From NCBI GenBank assembly GCA_040357565.1, contig JBDODJ010000081.1: a stretch of DNA of 47,961 nt; one strand, written 5' to 3'. Made by a program: the position numbers and the translations under genes. The notes beneath the pieces were generated by a model. That model saw only the letters and a list, made by a program, of their open reading frames with translations, was not told the origin of the DNA and did not search any database. Origin of the DNA: Cercozoa sp. M6MM (Eukaryota > Protista > Endomyxa: Ascetosporea). Shown piece after piece: positions 25,467 through 36,782 of the stretch; within the stretch, counting starts at the first letter, position 1, and every line of letters starts with the position of its first letter.

Positions 25467-26143
25467 CTAACGTCGTCAGCCGCCGCCTCGGTTCATGTGA
25501 CTGTATCTGTGCAAATTCACAAGACCACGTCTCGATTTTATCATCCAAGTTGATAATTCCAGCTGAAAAATTCCAGTTGATAAATATCAGCCTCAGTTCA
25601 TTTACCTGTCGCGCACATTCGGCATACGACGAACATCGTCGCTGTTGGGATTGGAGCGGCGTGTTGGTCTGTAGCCTTCCGACCTAAGTGGGAAAGCACA
25701 ACAACAACTCAACACCTCAGATCGATTGTAATAAAGCTACAGTACGGGTCCTCGCCGAGTGACCAGAGAGTTGAGGCAGAGATCTTGTCCTGCCGTTTCT
25801 TGGTCCTCTTTGGACGCTTCTTTGGCTCTGGCTTAGGCTTTGGCTGTTCAACGACCCGACGTTGGCGAAGCTTGGGCGTTGGTGACTCGCTCCTCCGCGC
25901 GGAAGCGAGCTTCGCGGCCAGTCTGTCCACTGCCGCCTGTCTCTGCTCGGTGTCATCGCTGCGCGTTGCTTTCGTCGTGCGCTTTGACGTCCTTAGCTTT
26001 GAAAACAGCAGAAACAGCGCCACAAAGAAAAACACGAGATGCCATCCGTGGCTCTTCAGCAGCTCGGTAATGCCTGTTGAAATGACAGAACATCATAATA
26101 CACGGCTTCGGGTGAGGAAAAAAGCACCTCCATCAGGAAACAT
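25467..26143 (-). CDS. SELENOS: Selenoprotein S, 153 aa, Sec (UGA 25478-25476) at residue 151
   Basis: Exons 26143-26128, 26073-25746, 25683-25606 and 25506-25467 (462 nt). LLKSHGWHLVFFFVALFLLFSKL resembles the SelS GW-containing TM region; then a basic coiled region, YRPTRR and the terminal GGG-U-RR*; SECIS downstream. Confidence 0.85.
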
Positions 26144-26548
26144 GGGGAGCCGACTTTGCTGTAGTTGCACTTAGGTGCGCACAATAAGCCGCACGCTTGC
26201 CCTAAGATTGGCTTCGGCTTTTGTTTAAAAAAAAAGTGCCTCTGCATAGACTGTACTGTATATTTCCGGAGTTCTACTGTGCGCTGACGTGTGCCATACA
26301 CACATAAATGCTATTCGCGGTGCTAAGTAGACGCGCGGGTGGCCTGCGCATTCTCCGATCAAATTTGGGCCGGTGTGCGGCAGTGCAAGGTGACAACGAC
26401 TGGGGTGTGTTGTTCTACGATACGGCCGCCCGAGATGTAGGACATCTTTTCATGATTTCTGCCTGTGTTAAAAACCCCTGTCACACAGGTAGTTGCGGCA
26501 GTGACGGACTTGTGGGATTGGCCGAGCAAGCAGCGGCGATTTGAAATT

Positions 26549-29500
26549 ATGGCACTGTACAAATCGCGGTACAAGGACCTGATCTTTAAGGACGAGGCTT
26601 TCGAGAAACTGGAGCCGAACACTTTCATTCATTTGGCCGCCTTGGCTGCTCGGCTGGGCGAACACAAGAATCACATCAAAGGTATCTACCCCCCCCCCCC
26701 TCCATCCATCTCAGCTATTTACCTTGTGTTGGATGCTTGGGTGCGCACCATTTGTGTTGCTGCAGCCTTGAAACGCCTCGAATCGGCACTAACGGCGCAA
26801 CCGGAGGCTCAACTCGACGTGCATTGGCTACGAACGCTTGCTCTATTTTACCGCAACAAGTCGAACGGAGTGTATGTTTGTGTGTTGTGTGTGTGTGTGT
26901 ATGTATATATGTACGTATGTGTGATAGCGATCCGAAAAACAAGCAGCAGCTGGCGTCGGTCAAGAGAGGTTTGCCGATGTTGTGGCGACTCCTCGAAAGT
27001 GGCAGACTGTACCACGCGACCCAGGGACGGCAGCGCGTGTGTCGGGAGGCGTCGGAGACCGTGTACCAGTTGATCAGGATCGAAAAACGCGGTCGTATCG
27101 CGTCTGATGTGGTGGATGACCTGCTGACTGCTGCCGTATATTTACCCCTTCAGCCTCACATGTTCACCCTCACATGTTACCCCCCCCCCCCCCCACTTGT
27201 CCAGAACAGGCACCGAGAGCTCGCGCAGAGTGGTGACACGCTCTTGTACCTGCACACGCTGCTTGCAATATGGAAGTCGCTTTCGTATGTCTCACTTGAG
27301 TTTCTCACTTCGGTCTGCTGACCCTAGATACCCCTGCTGACTGTCTTCCTGTCATGCCCTGTTGTGTGCTTTGTTCAGCTACCTGGTGGACACGCGTCGA
27401 CTCTGCGTGAGCGCAGAAACGAAGCAGGCGATCAATCAGGAGGTGGCATCACTCAGGCGAGGGACCACTCAGGGCGAGGACTACTTGGCTTCCTGTGGCA
27501 TGGTTGTGTGTGAGTAGAAGAGAGAGCTGATGATGTTGCTGGACACTGTCAAGAAAGACACCCCCGATAGTGTCGGCGAGCACAAGGAACTTTTTGACGA
27601 CATCGCACGCGAGATTTCCCAAGTGTTGGACAGTGTACCGACCGAACTCGACCCGCTGCGACGTGTACCCGCTCTTTTTGACTAGTCTCTCTGAGTGTGT
27701 GTGTGTGTGTGACATCCCTCTTGTGTGTATGTGTGTGCAGTTGCTTGAAACGAAGAAGGGCTTGATAACGCGAGCGTTGTGCGAGCAGGAGCGACAGGAG
27801 CTGCGTCGGTCGTGTGCTGCTGACGTGGCCTCACTACCGAGCAAGGTCGACGAAGAACTGGTGCCTCCCGACACGCTCGCCGTTCTCGCCTTCATCGCAC
27901 TCCGACTCGAGCTGCCCGACATTACTGTCAAAGGTACTACAGTACACACACACATATATATATATATATACATCTATTTAGGTATATGTATATGTATTAT
28001 AGATATTAAATATACCTGTGTCTCACTGGTGTCCTACCCTCGTGCATGCAGCCATCGAGGCACTGGCGTCGTCACCGACGTCGCTGAACATGACGACGAA
28101 AGCGCTTGAAGTGTTCGTGTTCGAGTTCCAAAGTTTAAGTCAGTCTCGGTGCCTCCTTACATTTGCCCTGTCCTATGTCGCGCTGCTTCTATATCTCTAT
28201 CTGTCTCACTTTCTATCCGTTTGTCTATCCACCGATCTCCCTCTCTACTTATCTCTCACCTCTATCTACGTATCTCTCTATCTATCTCTCTATCTACCTA
28301 TATCTCTATCAATCTGTCTATGTCTGTATGTGTCTAGCTGTTTCTCTGTCTGACTGTTTCTATATCTATATCCCTAGCTATTCTTTCTGCCTTGCACCTG
28401 CTATCTATTGAGTTGAGTCTTTGATTTCTTCAGAAAGAAGCCAATCGACAGTGCACTCGTGCAGCAGATGGTGCCGCTGCTGTGGCAGTGTCTCGAGAAT
28501 CGAAATCTGCACTTCCTGCACGTATTTGCTCTTGCACATTTTCCTCTGCCTGTTTGCACTTTGCTTGTGCTGTTTAGAATGAGGCGAAAGAGTTGGAGCG
28601 TATCTTCCGAGTCACGCAGGACCTGCTCAAAATGACGAAGCCTCCGCACTGTCACGCCGGCAGTCGCACCGACGCTTCCCTTCGCTTTGCTTGCGGCAAG
28701 CTGGTAACCTACCTTCCGTCCTGGTACCCCCTGGTTCCTTTTGCTTACTCTGTTTTTGTGTCTCCAGCAAACGCATCTGCGTTTGCTGCAAAAGGCCCCT
28801 AACGACATCGATCGTGCGGTCCGGTTGTGCATCGTTGGCGCGCTGTTGGATCGCATCAGGTAGCCTCTCGTGTGTTGTTCCCCTCATACTCACCTTACGC
28901 CTGCGTGGCCTTACTGAAACGTAACTTGAGTGTGCAGATACGTGGCCCGAACATTCAACAAGAAGGTGAATCAAGAGACATTGCAAACGATTCTCCGAAC
29001 GGTACACTTCTCTTTCGATCCAGTGCCAAGTCGTTGTGCAAGGCCATCTTTCTTGCAGAAAGAAGATGCAGCGCCCTTTTTCAAATCCTCCTGGCTGCGG
29101 GAGAACGACGTGCCTGTGCGTCCTTGTCGAGGCCTTGTCGATCGCGCACGCGTCGCACTTGCTTCCTTCGCTAAGTTCACCGACTCGGCGTCAGAGTCGA
29201 AGGAAGAAACGGTGCAGGGACCATTGCAGGAGGAGGAGTCCTTGCAGGAGGAGGAGTCCTTGCAGGAGGAGGAGTCCTTGCAGGAAGAGTCGTTGCAGGA
29301 AGGGTCGTTGCAGGAAGGCCCTTTGCAGGAAGAGTCGTTGCAGGAAGGGTCGTTGCAGGAAGGCCCTTTGCAGGAAGAGTCGTTGCAGGAAGACCCTTTG
29401 CAGGAAGAGTCGTTGCAGGAAGAGTCGTTGCAGGAAGACCCTTTGCAGGAAGAGCCGTTGCAGGAGACGGTACAGGAGGTATTGCAGGAGCCGCTGCAGG

Positions 29501-29763
29501 ACGGAGAGTCGCCGGAGGCCGAGTTTCCTGAAGCTAGATCCGAGAACGCTGACACTCAGAAGCTTGAGCAATCTGAAAGTGAACATGCCGTCTCCCCAAG
29601 TGATGATGCGCTGCCAGACGACTCGGAGGATTTGGGACCATGTGATCCGGAGACGTTGCGTTCAAAGCACGATTCGGAAGAGTTGGAGCCGCTGGCAAGC
29701 GACTCGGAGGAGTTGAAGCCCGACTCGGACCTCTCAGTCGCTGCTAGCGCGACTGTAGAATGA
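26549..29763 (+). CDS. Hypothetical alpha-helical protein with a long acidic repetitive C-terminal tail
   Basis: Series of Leu-rich exons joinable by GT-AG introns from MALYKSRYKDLIFKD to ...SATVE*; no family recognised; exon limits approximate. Confidence 0.6.
29224..29500 (+). repeat. Coding minisatellite of 15- and 18-nt units (TTGCAGGAAGAGTCG-type) encoding LQEES/LQEGP/LQEDP/LQEEES
   Basis: Directly visible, about 18 in-frame units. Confidence 0.93.
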
Positions 29764-30043
29764 TGGCTTTTCCGTCCGGTTGCAATCAATCAAATGCTCT
29801 ACAGACTGTATTCATGTGCAGTTTCTTTGCAATTAAAAACAGACGTTTTCTACGGGGAGCCTCGAGCTCCGTTTGGTTCTTCAGACAGGCCACAGACGTT
29901 CCAACGCTGGGAGCTCAGTTGTATGGGTGACTTTTATGTATTGTTTTGTATCATATAAAGTTACCCATCTGATGACGCATTTGGCGTTGGGGGCAGTTCT
30001 ACGCAACTTCAACTTGGACAGAAAGAAATAGAAAGTAGCAGTA

Positions 30044-31593
30044 CTAAAGAAAGGGCAATGCACGCAGGCACTGCCCTGAAGAAGCTGCGGCGACAAAATC
30101 GCAAAAGTCGCTCAGCTCAGCGTTCAGTTCGCATTCAAGCTGAGTGCCTTGATCAGTTCCAGCGCCGCAGTTCGTACCATGTTGACTTGAGAAGGAGTGA
30201 GACTTGCCCGTGTCACAGTCGATAGAACTGTCACTGACAGGAAGTGCTGCCTGTGAGTTCGCTCGCCAGACACCATCGGACTCGCCAAAGAGAACAGCTT
30301 CGAGTGAGTCGATGCTTTCGCTGGAGGAGACCTGTGCCTCCTGTCTCGAGTCAAGCAGACTCTGTTCGACACGCCGCGATAGCAGCAGTTTGGCCACCAC
30401 GCGTTCATCTCGTCCGACGGAGTGTCGAAGCAGCGAGTGTTTCGACCAGTCGGACGCTGTCGTTCGTCTGCCTGGTTCGAGGCACAGGCAGCGACTCACA
30501 AAGTCAGCGACGCAGCAGCGTTCGACGCGAGGGACACTGCGCGCATTCCTGGCTATCACACTTCGAATCTCAGCAGTTGCATCGGCCACAGTGTTGTTGT
30601 CGAACTGCACCTTGTTCCTACAGCATCCAGTATCGTCACAGTACTACAACAAAGCGTTCCCTAGGTAGGTTGCCCACACCAGTCAGGAAGCAAGGCTCTA
30701 GAAGGCCAGTTGTCGTCGGAAGGACTGCCCAGAGTGTCGAAAATCGAGGCAAGCACCTGCAACTCGCCTGGACCGGCGAACAGGTCGCTCCCGCAGACAC
30801 AGGCGGCAACACACGCCGCGGCGGCCCAGAGGTCCGACTGTTGGGAGGCCTGATCATGCTCATGCCCCGATGAACTACTGTAGCATAAGAATCAGTGAGG
30901 GAACTCGCAAAGAAAGAGACCTCTCCTCCGAAGAACAATTCAGGCGCTCGCGTATGACACGTGCTGACGTAGAACGCCGGCACTCACGCCGAGAGTCTTT
31001 GCAGAAAGGCGCAGTCGGCCCCGTCTTTGTTGCTTTGCTCTGCCTCAGGGTAGGTCTGCAGGCGGACAGCACCGTAGTCGCCAAGACACATGCTTCCGTT
31101 GCTCCGGATGAACACGTTGGTGTCACAAACGTCGCCGTGCACCAGTCCACACGCGTGCAGTCGCATCAGCGAGCGTGCCAGCGTCCGCGCGGCCACACGG
31201 GTCACACTCATTCGCGTGCGCCAGTGCACTCGCGTCTGTCGCATCTGTCGCAGCAAATCGCGCAAATTGCACTCGCAACGCTCGGTTCGTAGGATTAGCG
31301 TCGATCCTTCCGACCGACAGACCGGCTGCCTCAACTTTAAAATCGGACCTTGACCCTCGTCGAGTTCCGACTCATCCGTGCCTTCAAGCACGCGCAAGGC
31401 GAGCACCTCCCGCTCGGCTGACCTTCGCACTCGGATATCCGCGCAACTCGTGTGCTTTTCAACCGTGCACTCGCTTACGGCAAACACCTGCGACTGAGCG
31501 CCTGCCCAACGTCAATTCTGTTTTGGAAATCCACAGCTGATCGATTTTTATACCTTCACCGATCGCTCGTCCGACTGCACTAACGCCGTTCAT
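30044..31593 (-). CDS. Divergent CDK-like (CDK20/CAK-like) protein kinase or pseudokinase, with in-frame TGA at 30986-30984
   Basis: IGEGAQSQV (Gly loop after intron removal), SAEREVLAL, LVHGDVCDTN, DYG, TRAPELFFG, SDLWAAAAC, IFDTLGSPSDDNWP...LPDWNKVQF, CLCLEPGRRTTA; 3' end approximate. Confidence 0.75.
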
Positions 31594-31756
31594 GCAGCAC
31601 AGGCATTTATTGGCGCTACGCTAAGTACATTATTGCACAATGCAGCTTTTGCTTGAGAGCCCCAAATCTTGTCGCTTCTCGAGCCAAAAACGTGTCAGCA
31701 AGCCAAAAGACGCTGCCACGTGCTGTGTCGTATATCCGCTGTGTGTTCATAAGAGA

Positions 31757-34498
31757 ATGCAGGCGGCCGTGCGCGCTGGCGCTGCTCGGCGCAGTGCTCG
31801 TGCATTTTCGGCACTGAAGCCAGAAGAGCAGTTCGTCAAATCGCAATACGGCGGTCTCCACGATGAAGACCGCATTTTCACGAATGTGTACCGTCAGGGC
31901 GATTGGGGCATCGAGGGCGCCTTGCAGCGGGTAAATTTTGTGTTTTTCAGATTGCATTTGCAAGGCCGTTTGCTTTGTGTTGGCAATCCTGCACTGCTTT
32001 GTTCTCGTTGTTGACACGTTGAAAGTGTTGCCTTGTCTGTTGCTTTGCTTTCTTCTGTGCAAGCAGCACGAGTGGATGACGTGTTGACTTGCTTGACTCG
32101 TGTATCTATGTGTATGCGTATATGTGTTTGTCAGGGTGACTGGCACCGCACGAAGGACATGCTGCATATGGGCCGCCAGTGGATCGTCGACGAGATCAAA
32201 AAGTCCGGTCTGCGCGGTCGCGGTGGCGCCGGTTTCCCGTCAGGCATGAAGTGGAGCTTCATGCCGCCTGACGATCGCCGCGATGACAGGCCGCACTATC
32301 TCGTCGTCAACGCTGACGAGTCCGAGCCGGGCACGTGCAAGGACCGCGAGATCATCCGATCCGACCCGTACACTTTGTCCTTTACCCCCCCCTGTTAATC
32401 ACTGTGATCCTATTTGTCCACAGGCACAAGCTGATCGAAGGCTGCGTGGTCGCTGGCACTGCCATCGGCGCTCGCAAGGCCTACATTTACATTCGGTAGT
32501 GCCGTCTTTTGCTCCCCTGTGTACCTGTGTAGACAGTGTATGTGTGTATTAATGTATGTGCACAGTGGCGAGTTCTGGGAGGAGGCCAACATCCTGCAGG
32601 AGGCGATCGACCAGGCATACAAGAAGGGCTTCCTCGGCGAGAACGCCTGCGGCGCCGGTCTCGGTCGCTTCGACGTCTACGTGCACCGCGGTGCCGGTGC
32701 CTACATCTGTGGCGAGGAGTCGGCGCTCATCCAGTCCATCGAGGGCAAGCAGGTAGCTGCCTCACACATTATGTTTTTGCATTTATCTATTTTATTATAT
32801 ATAAATAAATAAATATATATATATATATTATATGTGGTATATCTGTATGTTGACAGGGCAAGCCGCGTCTGAAGCCGCCATTCCCGGCCGGCGTCGGTCT
32901 CTACGGCTGCCCGACCATTGTGACCAATGTCGAAACCGTCGCTGTGTCACCTACGATCCTGCGTCGCGGCGGTGACTGGTACTGCTCTGCACGTGCTGAA
33001 CCCCGTTGCTTCCTTTTCCCCCCCCCCCCCCCTGTAGGTTTGCCTCGTTCGGCAGACCGAACAACGCGGGCACGAAGCTGTTCTGTATCTCGGGTCACAT
33101 CAACAACCCGATCACGGTGGAGGAAGAGGTGTGTCTGTCTTTCATTGTACTAGCATGCTACTGCTAGCATGCAGGCCGTGTGTGTCTACACTGTTCCTGT
33201 GTCTCCACTGCCCCTTGTGTGTGTGAGGACAGATGAGCATCCCACTGCGCGAGCTCATCGAGAAGCACTGTAAGGACGTGATCGGCGGCTGGAACAACCT
33301 GCTGGCCATCATTCCGGGCGGCTCCTCGGTGCCGCTGCTGCCCAAGACCGAGTGCGACGAGGCACTGTACCTCTCTCTGTGTTCTGACCCTACCCCTGCC
33401 TCTTGACCCTGCCTCTTGACCCTGCCTCTTGACCCTGCCTCTTAACTCCCCTACCTTGACCCCCCCCCCCTTCCCCAGTATGGACTTTGACGACCTGGTG
33501 GCACGTGGCTCGGGTCTCGGTACAGCCGCCGTGATCGTGATGAACAAGCAGACCGACCCGATCGCCGCGATTCGCCGCTTGTCGCACTTCTACAAGGTAG
33601 TCACATAGTTTAACCCCCCCCCCTTGCCCGGCTGTTATACCCCCCCCCCCCCCTCCGTGTACAGCACGAGTCGTGCGGACAGTGCACGCCGTGTCGCGAG
33701 GGCACGCCGTGGCTCGAGGACATGATGAAGCGCTTCGAACTTGGCAAGGCCGATCAGGCCGAGATTGAGGCTCTCTGGGGTACGCTAGATTCCTATCCCC
33801 TCCCTTGCATGTGTGTTGGTTACCACCTGCCTGTTTGTGTGTGTGAACAGACGTGTCCAAGCAGATCGAGGGTCACACGATCTGTGCTCTCGGTGCCGCC
33901 GCCGCGTGGCCGGTGCAGGGCCTGATCCGACACTTCCGTCCCGTGATGGAGGAGCGCGTGGCTGCTGGCTACGGGTGCATACTTTCATTTTTGTGCCTAC
34001 AAACCAGCATTCAGAGATCTATATATATATATATATATATATATAGATATTATAATATATATATAGATATTATGTATGCACACTATGTATCTAACAATAT
34101 ATGTGTATTTTACAACACATACACATATGTTTGCACAGCACGCCGATCGATTTGGAGAGACGGTTCGAGCAGCTCATCCACGAGCAGAAGGTCAGCACCG
34201 TCGAGCCGGCCGAAGTCGCTCTCAATGCGTACCACTCTCTTCTATCTCTGTCGTACTTGGCAAGCACAGTACCCCTGTGTGTCTGTGTATGTGTATGTGT
34301 GTACGCGTGTGCAGCTCGCCTGCCCCGGAGACGCCGGCCATGAGCGACTCTTTGCGGCAACGAATCATGCAGGTGCAGTAACAGAGATAATCGACCCCGA
34401 CGTCAGAGCTCGCTTCTTTTGTTTTGTTTCGTTGTTTTCTTTTTATTTCTCCGCAGAACACCAGCGAACACCCAGCCAACTGTCCCGCCGACGCCTAA
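31757..34498 (+). CDS. NDUFV1: NADH dehydrogenase (complex I) 51-kDa flavoprotein subunit
   Basis: Presequence-like N-terminus; [75 protein letters not shown]. The stop is at 34498, or at 34381 if the last intron is retained. Confidence 0.97.
33384..33478 (+). repeat. Intronic C-rich 13-bp tandem repeat (CTTGACCCTGCCT) x3 plus degenerate copies
   Basis: Directly visible in an NDUFV1 intron. Confidence 0.9.
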
Positions 34499-34656
34499 AT
34501 CAACCCCAAAATAAAGCTCTAAGCCTAAGAATTCTGATCAGTCTTGGCCAGCAGTAGCCAGGTCGAGCCGAGCTATAGCATTTACGCAACTTAGAGCACG
34601 CTGCGTGTGCAAGTGTGTGTTAGTGCAGTGTGTAGGTGTCCACGGTGACCAAAAGA

Positions 34657-35390
34657 ATGCAACGTGCTGCGAGACGCGGCATCCGCGCACTGATGGGTCA
34701 GCCGAGCCGCGCGGAAGTCGAGGGTCGTCACCGCATGATGCAGGAGGTGCAGCGCGATATGGGACGCGCCAGCACCGACAGCGTTGCGCAGGTCACGGCG
34801 CAGAAGACGGCTCAGGAGGCGTCGAGCCAAGCACCGCGGTGGTACCGAGATATCGGCACAGTGCTCGGCATGGCAGCACTCGCCGGCACGGTACCGTCGC
34901 CTGTCCGAATGGACCAAGCATCAGTGAGTCCAAGGAGAGTACTGTGTTGCAGGTGTTCTGGCTACGCGAGGACATCACGGCCTTCGATGTGATCAAGGAG
35001 TCGAAACGGCGCACGCGGTACGAAGAGGCCCTGCAGGCAGGCGGCGGCACCAAGAGCGCCGAGCAGTCGCCATCGCACGGCATGAGCGCCATCGAACAAG
35101 AGGCGTGGATGCACTGGTACGCATACATGCACATATGCCTATCACATATCTGTGTCAATTTATGTGTATATAGTACACCTCTATGTATACATACACAATA
35201 TTATTTACATATAGATAGTAATGTACATGCAGAATATGTGGTACACTGTATGTGGCAGGACGTCGCTCAAGGGCAAGAACGACGCCAAACAGGCGGCACG
35301 TCTGGCCAGGGCCACTGTCATGCTGAGTGATGTACCACCTTTCTCTCTATATGGTGTGTGTATGTGTATACTTGTCTTGTGCATGTGTGC

Positions 35391-35446
<56 letters not shown>

Positions 35447-36782
35447 TTATGTGTGTGTGTATGTATGTTTATGTGTGTGTGTGTGTGTGCAGATCGTGTC
35501 GCAGCAACGGCGTTTCTCAGAGGCGGAGCGCGTGCTCCGTGACTACATTGACTTTGCGCACGTCGTGATCGCCGATGCCGGGTCGGACGACGCGGCCGCC
35601 GTGCGGTCCAAGGTGTTGCCGCCGGCCGTGCCCGTGATGCTGCGACTGGCGCAGCTGTTTATGCACGTGCACGAGGCACTGGCGCAGAGGAGCCCACATA
35701 CGGACGGTGTAGGTGCCAGTGGTGCCACCTCGGACACGCAGCGATCGGCATCATCGTCATCGCGACGCCACTCGGACCTTGGACAGTACGCAGAACAACC
35801 GCTGCTACAGGATGCCGAGGAACTCATCTGCGAGGCTATTGTTGTGGCCGAGTCAATTCCTGGTACACTTGTACTGTAGCCATTTTAAGCCATGTGGTTG
35901 CCTCTTATTTTGGACTTATTTCCACAGAGGATGGCCTGGATGATGCCGGACGAAACGAGTTGCTGGCAGCAGCACATGCACAGCTCGTGTCGCTCTTTGC
36001 CTACGTACTGATCCGGCTCTTTTTCTCGTGTGCTTTGACTGAACCCTTGTCTCCGCCTGTTGCAGCAACAGCGATGGAATGCCGTCATTGCTGCCGGCGA
36101 GGAGGCCAAGCGACTCACTGCACTGTACGCTTCCTGTGCACCGATATGTTTAGTCTGGTTGGTTAGTATATGTACATGGATGTGACTACAGGACGGAACA
36201 CGAGACGAAAAGCCTTCTGGGCAAGGCCACAGTGAGTGCAGAGGCACTGCTACGCCGTGCCTTCCTCTTGAACGACATTGCTGTGGCCGAGTCGTTCCAA
36301 GCCACCGTGGTACCACGGCCTAGCACACACAGAACCGTTTGGAACGTCTGTACCCTGCAGGATGTTGAGTCGTCAAAATCACTGCAAAAGAAGGCTCTAC
36401 GCGACGCGCGTCTTGTACCGCCTTTTTGTTGTTCCCTTTGGTTTCTTCTCACTCGCATCGCGACAGGCCGAAACTCTTGTCGTTCGTTTCTTTGCCAAGA
36501 ACGGCGTCACGCTCGTTGACGACTGTACACTGCACCAACACCGCTTCTGCACTGTCTGTGTGCTACTTACTAGTTTGTGTGTACGTTGTAGCACTGGACC
36601 GAAAGAGCCCCACCGCTGTGCTGAACGAAACTGCGCTGGCGCGTGTGGCCTCTGTGTTTGTGAACACTGCCGTGACCTCAATGAATGTAGTCATTGCTTT
36701 CGTCTTCTTGTCTCTTCCCGCTGTTTTGTATCGAGAAGTGCTTCGTAGGAAAACAAGCTGCACGCTGCGCAAAACAGCGTGA
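34657..36782 (+). CDS. Hypothetical protein, possibly mitochondrial, with one TM segment and helical (TPR-like) segments
   Basis: MQRAARRGIRALMG start; hydrophobic IGTVLGMAALAG-VFWL; QRRFSEAERVLRD, DAEELICEAI and AEALLRRA helices; GC-rich exons with GT-AG introns; 3' end approximate. Confidence 0.55.
35345..35490 (+). repeat. Intronic (TG)n microsatellite running up to the acceptor
   Basis: Directly visible, ends ...gtgtgcag. Confidence 0.93.

Noticed and set aside
25709-25714. TGT-TGA (Cys-UGA) at the end of ORF 25709-26035 as the Sec site
   Set aside because: It lies within GTAC...TAG intron 2; splicing gives the much better GGG-U-RR terminus.
28971-29716. Cys-rich metallothionein/keratin-like ORFs (SSCNDSSCKG, CRKSRCRK)
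   Set aside because: Alternative frames and the antisense strand of the LQEES coding minisatellite.
30984-30986. Genome-wide stop-codon reassignment
   Set aside because: TAA, TAG and TGA all end conserved genes here (DIM1 TAA, PP5 TAG, SERF and CISD2 TGA); the in-frame UGAs are local.
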